This document shows positions 57,935-64,000 of a stretch of DNA of 64,000 nucleotides, piece by piece (positions within the stretch are counted from its first letter, which is position 1; every line of letters starts with the position of its first letter). Under the pieces are notes generated by a model. That model was not told where the DNA came from and did not search any database. It worked only from the letters and a program-made list of their open reading frames with translations. Origin of the DNA: Ranitomeya imitator (lineage: Eukaryota); NCBI RefSeq assembly GCF_032444005.1, contig NC_091282.1, positions 425,320,001-425,384,000 of the forward strand, given 5' to 3'. A program made the translations under genes and the position numbers.

Positions 57935-60900
57935 CCGTGGTTAGGTGGACTTTCGCAGTAACAGCATTGTTGAAGGCACGGGTAATGTTGTGGGACACGT
58001 GCTGGTTAGTGTTGAGCATTCCGATACCGCAAGTATCGGGTATCGGCCGATACTTGCGGTATCGGAATTCCGATACCGAGATCCGATACTTTTGTGGTAT
58101 CGGGTATCGGTATCGGATACATAGAGATGTGTAAAATAAAGAATTAAAATAAAAAATATTGATATATTTACCTCTCCGGCGGCCCCTGGACTCAGCGCGG
58201 GTAACCGGCAGGCTTCGTTGTTCAAAATCAGCGCTTTTAGGACCTGAGAATCACGTCCCGGCTTCTGATTGGTCGCGGGCCGCCCATGTGACCGCCACGC
58301 GACCAATCACAAGCCGCAACGTCACCGCAAGCTATTAACGCGCTCATTTTTAAAAATGAGCGCGTTAATGGCTTTCAAAGACGTAGCGGCTTGTGATTGG
58401 TCGCGTGGCCGCGACCAATCACAAGCCGCGACGTCACCGCAAGCTATTAACGCGCTCATTTTTAAAAATGAGCGCGTTAATGACTTTCAAAGACGTAGCG
58501 GCTTGTGATTGGTCGCGGCCGCGACCAATCACAAGCCGCTACGTCTTTGAAAGCCATTAACGCGCTCATTTTTAAAAATGAGCGCGTTAATAGCTTGCGG
58601 TGACGTCGCGGCTTGTGATTGGTCGCGTGGCGGTCACATGGGCGGCCCGCGACCAATCAGAAGCCGGGACGTGATTCTCAGGTCCTAAAAGTGCTGATTT
58701 TGAACAAAGAAGCCTGCCGGTTACCCGCGCTGAGTTCAGGGGCCGCCGGAGAGGTAAATATATCAATATTTTTTATTTTAATTCTTTATTTTACACATCC
58801 CTATGGATCCCAGGGCCTGAAGGAGAGTTTCCTCTCCTTCAGACCCTGGGAACCATGAGAATACCTTCCGATACTTGATGTCCCATTGACTTGTATTGGT
58901 ATCGGATATCGGTATCGGCGATATCCGATATTTTTCGGGTATCGGCCGATACTATCCGATACCGATACTTTCAAGTATCGGACGGTATCTCTCAACACTA
59001 GTGCTGGTGTATTGTCGGTACGCAAGCCAGGAGAAATAGTGGCGACTGGGGACCAAGTACTTTGGGATGGCTGCTACCATCAGATTGCGGAAAACATCAG
59101 TCTCAAGAAGCCTTAAAGGCAACATTTTGAGTGCAAGCAGACTAGAAATGTGAGAATTTAGTACTGTGGCCTGTGGGGCGTTGGCTGCATATTTCTGCTT
59201 GTATTGCATTGACTCGGGTATAGACAACTGAAGGCTGGGCAGTGACAAGGACATGGATGAGCTTGTCGATGGTGCTAGTTGACTGTGGGCAACAATAGCT
59301 GCAGTGCACGAGGCATCTTGGCATGCACCGTGGAATGGAGATTGGTTTGTACGCAAAACAGTGGAAGAAGCAGTGGTGTCACTTGCTGACAGTGTTCCTT
59401 GACCTTGGGGTTTGGCCCACAAAGTCAGGTGCTTTGCTGCCATGTGCCTGATCATACTGGTGGTGATCAGGCTGGTAGTTTTGCTACCTCTGCTGATGCT
59501 GGCATGGGAGGTACTGGAAATGGCCTTTTTGGGGTAAACGGCAGAGTCTTTAAAAAATAACCAGACTCGGGAAGATCTAACAGTTGGAATGGCAATTTAT
59601 GTCATGTTGGTGTTATGGGGAATGGATACATGCCTTCTGTCTGCATCCACCACACTGCTTCTTCCTGCCTTTTGGGGTGATGTGCCTCCTTCCCCATGGG
59701 TGCTGCTGTCCTCACTCTGCATGTCCTCCTGCTAAGCTGAGTCAGTCACTATGTCACTTACCACCTTGTTTTCCAAATCAGCACCCTGCTCATCCTCCTG
59801 ACTTTTTGGCAATTGAGTCTCATCATTGTCCACCTCTTGTGACAATTTCCCACCATCGCCTTCGTGTGACCGTTGCTGCTCAAATCTTTAGTCATTGCTT
59901 CATGCAATCTCATCTTGCCCCACTTCAAGTTAACCGGCCGAGAGTTTGGAATCTTTAAAGGGAAAAGTAAACAGCTCTTTGGAGTGTCCAAGTGTGGGAT
60001 CAGTTGTCTCAAGGCACTCGGCATGGTGGGAGGAAGGAGGATCAGGGTGAGTAATATGCGGTCCAGACTCATGGCTACTCAGACTTGACCGTTTGGAAGA
60101 CATGGTGGTGATGGTGGCTAAGTGACTGGAAGCATTATCTGCTTTCCAACCAACAACCATTTCACACTGCTCTGGCTTCAATAGTGCTGCGCTGTGGTCC
60201 CCTAGAAACTCAGACAGGAAGGTTGAGCGAGAAGATGCGGATCTTTGTTGTGGCTCATTTTCAGCTTGGCCACAGCCTCATCCTCTGTATGCACCATCAG
60301 CATCACGTCCAATTCCCCGTCACTTGCCCCTTGCCTTGCCTATTTTAAATGGACTACGTTAATATCTTAAAAGTTCAATACAAATGGATTAATTTAGAGA
60401 AAAATTATATGTGATCAGTGTTTTGAAAAAACACACTTTTAATTCAATGGAATATTGGTAATTTTTAAATTTTGATTTTAACAAATGTTATTTATTACTA
60501 GGGTAAGTCACACCAAAACCAGTTCAAAGGATCAATCAAATGCAACAATTTTTAAACCACAGAAAGAGTAGGCATCTCACAGAGAAACCACAATGTTCAA
60601 TATGCGGCCTATTTTGTAGTATTTGAAAAGAAAATCACTGTCACGAAGTAGGGTAACACAATGCCAAAAAGTGGAATGTTTGCATAAAAAGCAAGTTTTT
60701 GTAGCCCACAGATAGACAAGATGCTGGACTGAGATAACAGACTGTTTCAATATTTAGCCTGGAGGTTTTTAAAAAATTTTAACCACAAAATATTGTATGA
60801 GCCAAGGGTAGCAGACAGACAAAAAAGTTGAATGTATGCATGAAAAGCAAGTATTTGGAGACCACAGATAGACCGGTTGTCTGACTGAGATAACAGACTG

Positions 60901-61007
60901 TTTCAGTATGTGGCCTGAAGGTTTTAAATTTTTTTAACCACAAAATACTGTATAAACCAAGGGTAGCAGACAGACAAAAAAGTGGAATGTATGCCTGAAG
61001 AGCAAGT
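57935..61007 (-). mobile_element. Second decayed hAT copy (transposase remnant with BED finger, upstream repeats at 60700-61000)
   Basis: RVWLFFK...ISRG...TTSMIRHMAAKH; LLALKMLPLRLLETDVF...VPSRHYFS; start codon mutated at ~60343; GAGATAACAGACTG twice. Confidence 0.75.
58007..59000. mobile_element. Highly palindromic hAT-type MITE
   Basis: TAGTGTTGAG...CTCAACACTA; 8-bp TSD GTGCTGGT at 57999-58006 and 59001-59008; the empty site is seen in the paralogue near 110. Confidence 0.92.
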
Positions 61008-61559
61008 GCAAGAAGATCAAAAGAGAAAAGCAGACGCACTATCAGCTCCAAGACAATGCCAGTTTTGTGCAAGAATGGGAAAAGATTCTATTGAAATGCT
61101 CCAAGGACCTCCTCCAGTTGGTCTTGCAACAAAATACCATTAATTATGACGTAGTAAAATCTGAATTGATCGAAACTAAAGAGGAAATCAAAACACGGCT
61201 GACAGACACTCAGTGAACCTCTATGGATAAAAAATTAGATAGTAAGTTAGTCATTCTCCAGTCCGATGGAGAGAAGGTTTTTCCACCAACATAGAAGAGG
61301 ATTCTTTACTGTTAAACGGACTTATCCGCAAGCACATCGTTAAATACAGTATTGAACTTGTCTACTCATGATTTGAGTAAGGCTCATTTATCGGTGTTAT
61401 CGAAGGGTTTACATTTTTGTTTGCCAGAAAAATTCGATCTAGTTCAATTTAAAATTGATTTATTCAAAGCGGTCAGGAAAATGCATTTAAGTTTTTTCCT
61501 CCCCCACAGGTACGGCTAAGGGGTCATACCCAGGTGAAACTCCCTGTTCAGTAGGCCCT

Positions 61560-63715
61560 TTGGGCTTTATGGTGAATTCTAGTGCTGATAATGACATACA
61601 GGAAGATGCACTTTTATTACTCAGCCTCACGGACCCTGACGTCTCTTTAACAACTAGTTCAAAAAGGGTTGTACCTTTCATGGGTGGTGTACAATCGACC
61701 TTTATGCCTCCGGTAGTGCCAGGAGCAACTATAGAGGTTTTTGAGAGGCAAGTTTTAAAGGAGGTGGAGGCCCTCATTTATCGGCCCTTACCATCTAATT
61801 TAACTGTAGAAGAGCAATTGGCTTTGAAGGAAATCAGCAGTTGGGATGATACAGTGATCCGTGCAGCGGATAAGGGTGGGAGTTTAGTTTTGTTAACAAA
61901 AGAGTACTATATGTCAGAAGCCCACAAACAATTAAGTAAAACAGAAACATACCGTCCCCTAAAATCAGATCCCACTGTGAAATTTAAGAATGAGTTACGT
62001 ACCCTATTGAGACCTTTTGTTGAGAATGGGACTTTATCTAAGAGGCAGGCTGAGAAATTGTTTGTGGATTTTCCAAATAAACCACATTGGTACCACATTC
62101 CGAAAGTGCACAAGTCACCAGTTACACCACCAGGCCGTCCAATAGTGTCGGGGGTGGGAGCAGTAACAGAACCCCTGTCACGCTATTTAGATTGGCATTT
62201 ACACCCCCTCCTTTCTGACATTCCCTCCTACGTACGTGACACCAAACACTTTTTGCAAATACTTAAGAGTTTTTCTTGGCAAGATAATTTTTTTCTAGTC
62301 TCTATTGACGTAGAGAGTTTGTACACACGCATCCCCCAAGACCAGGGAGTGGATGCAGTGAGAGAAGTTCTCTCGTATACCCCGACCGACGATAAAACTG
62401 TGGCGGTCATTTGTGACGGTTTACGTTTCGTTTTAACACACAATGCGTTCATGTTCGATTCCACCTGGTTTCTGCAAACAGAGGGTACAGCGATGGGTAC
62501 GCCTGTCGCTTGTACCCTCGCTAATTTGTATCTAGCGGTGTTCGAAAAACGCTTTGTAAACGAAGAAAACAATCCTTTTTTGAAACACTTAAAACTTTAT
62601 ATAAGATTCGTGGACGATGTGTTTGTGGTTTGGGATGGGGACAAAGCTGGTTTTCAATCCTTTGTCCGGTATCTTGAACAAGAGAACAATATGAACATGA
62701 AGTTCACGTCAGTTTTTGGGGGTCTAACCTTGAGTTCTTAGATGTCAGAATTTGGATAGGGGAGGGGTCTGTACAAACAGAAGTGTTCCGCAAGCCGACA
62801 GCGACAAATTCAGTATTACACTACCAGAGCGCACATCCGCAATATACCAAAAAATCCCTCCCTTATAGCCAATTTCTCAGAGTGTTGAGGGTTAATAGCA
62901 GACAGGCTGGTTTCCAACGTCAGTCACAGGAGTTATTTGCTAGGTTTAGAGACAGAGGGTACCCCCCCAGCATATTGAACCAAGCCCTAACAAAAGTAAA
63001 AATGGAAGGTATTGTAAGGCCAGGCAAAAAAACGGGTAATAATGACTTGACACATAAACAGTTTGTTTTTAGTTTCAAATTCAGTCCTATGGACCAATGT
63101 ATAAGAACGGCCATAAGAAATAATTGGCATATTTTAGAAAGAGATCCCACGTTAGCTGGTCCTGTCAGTAGAGGCCCGTTATTTGCTTGTCGCCGAGGAA
63201 AAAATCTTAAGGATGTATTGGTGCGCAATAGAGTGGTGTCAAAACGAGTTGACTGGTTATCAGCAAGTATCCCACGAGGCTATATGAAATGCGGACACTG
63301 TAACTTTTGTACTTACTATTTAGTGGGAAAATTGATCCAAATTGGTCCTGTTCGACATGTAGTCCAGGATTGTATTTCCGGTAGAACGTCGTTTGTAGTA
63401 TACATCTTGTTTTGTCCGTGTGGTTTTTATTATGTGGGAAAAACTATACGCCCCCTCTTTATCAGATTCAGGGAACACTTTAAATCTATTAGTACCGGTA
63501 AGGGAGTCCCTAGACTTATAAACCATGTACGCACCCACCATGCAGGAGATGCGACATGCCTGTGTTTTGTGGGCCTAGAAAGGGTTACTCTATCAGAACA
63601 AGGTGGTGACCTCCACAAACTATTATTAAGAAGAGAGGGGAGGTGGATATTGAGAGTGGATGCAACGGGCCCCTTAGGGTTAAATGACCGCACTGATATG
63701 TCAGTCTTCTTATAA
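61560..63715 (+). pseudogene. PLE RT-GIY-YIG ORF, one frameshift at ~62740
   Basis: SIDVESLYT, GTAMGT, IRFVDD; KCGHCNFC; VVYILFCPCGFYYVGKT...RFREH. Confidence 0.88.
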
Positions 63716-63924
63716 GGTATTTTGGTAATGTCTTGCAGTACTCTGTAGTCTCATTATTGTAAATATATTTTTGCATGTTCGTTAAGTTATTTTGTTCTAT
63801 TTCGCATTGTTTTTAAAGTTTTTACCTTGAGTAGGTGTCCCATAGTTTGGTGTCGCTCACAGGTGGTGTAGCTCTTTCCGGGCGGATACGCTTGATAAAG
63901 TCCTCCCACCTGGAGTAACCATTA

Positions 63925-63963
63925 GACCCGTAGAAGCTCAGGAGAGCGAAACGGCCGTCGTCA
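63925..63963 (+). ncRNA. Degenerate minimal hammerhead ribozyme motif
   Basis: GAC-CCGTAGAA-GCTC(AGGA)GAGC-GAAA-CGGCCGTC-GTC; the core has 2 mismatches to CTGANGA. Confidence 0.5.
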
Positions 63964-64000
63964 TTTGGAACCACAGGTTCTCCCTGCTATGTCCTGCTGT

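Larger units (their letters stand above)
61008..64000 (+). mobile_element. Penelope-like element, Neptune type, 5'-truncated
   Basis: LNLS...LSKGLHF N-terminal motif at ~61350; RT followed by Cys-linker and GIY-YIG; 3' pLTR-like region. Confidence 0.88.

Noticed and set aside
57941-58858. Mirror-image ORFs MVAWRSHGRPATNQ on both strands
   Set aside because: A consequence of the MITE palindrome.

Overview
Eukaryotic, almost entirely transposon-derived DNA. The mix of elements looks vertebrate, most like an anuran amphibian (inference from TE families only). No identifiable host gene; only two weak candidate exons near 52.7-53.1 kb. Positions 4256-37168 are one minus-strand Sushi/Tf1-type chromovirus Gypsy (element G, 5-bp TSD CTCTT at both ends) inflated to 33 kb by nested insertions. 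These include a TGT...ACA foldback element holding two more Gypsys (A, B), an L1 with three TTAA-type inserts, Gypsys D and E, a chimeric Gypsy C, a solo LTR and an L2-like tail. Downstream are a related foldback copy carrying an OTU protease remnant (Ginger1-like), an intact DD34E Tc1 whose left TIR is split by a 7.9-kb tRNA-Ser-primed Gypsy (J), a decayed Tc1, decayed hAT copies with palindromic MITEs, and a Neptune-type Penelope element with a hammerhead-like motif. Best leads: (1) co-varying self-priming signals in four LTR families, (2) 6-bp TSDs in a single-ORF chromovirus lineage, (3) a Ginger1/OTU-like foldback family. All alignments were done by eye and element letters are my own labels.
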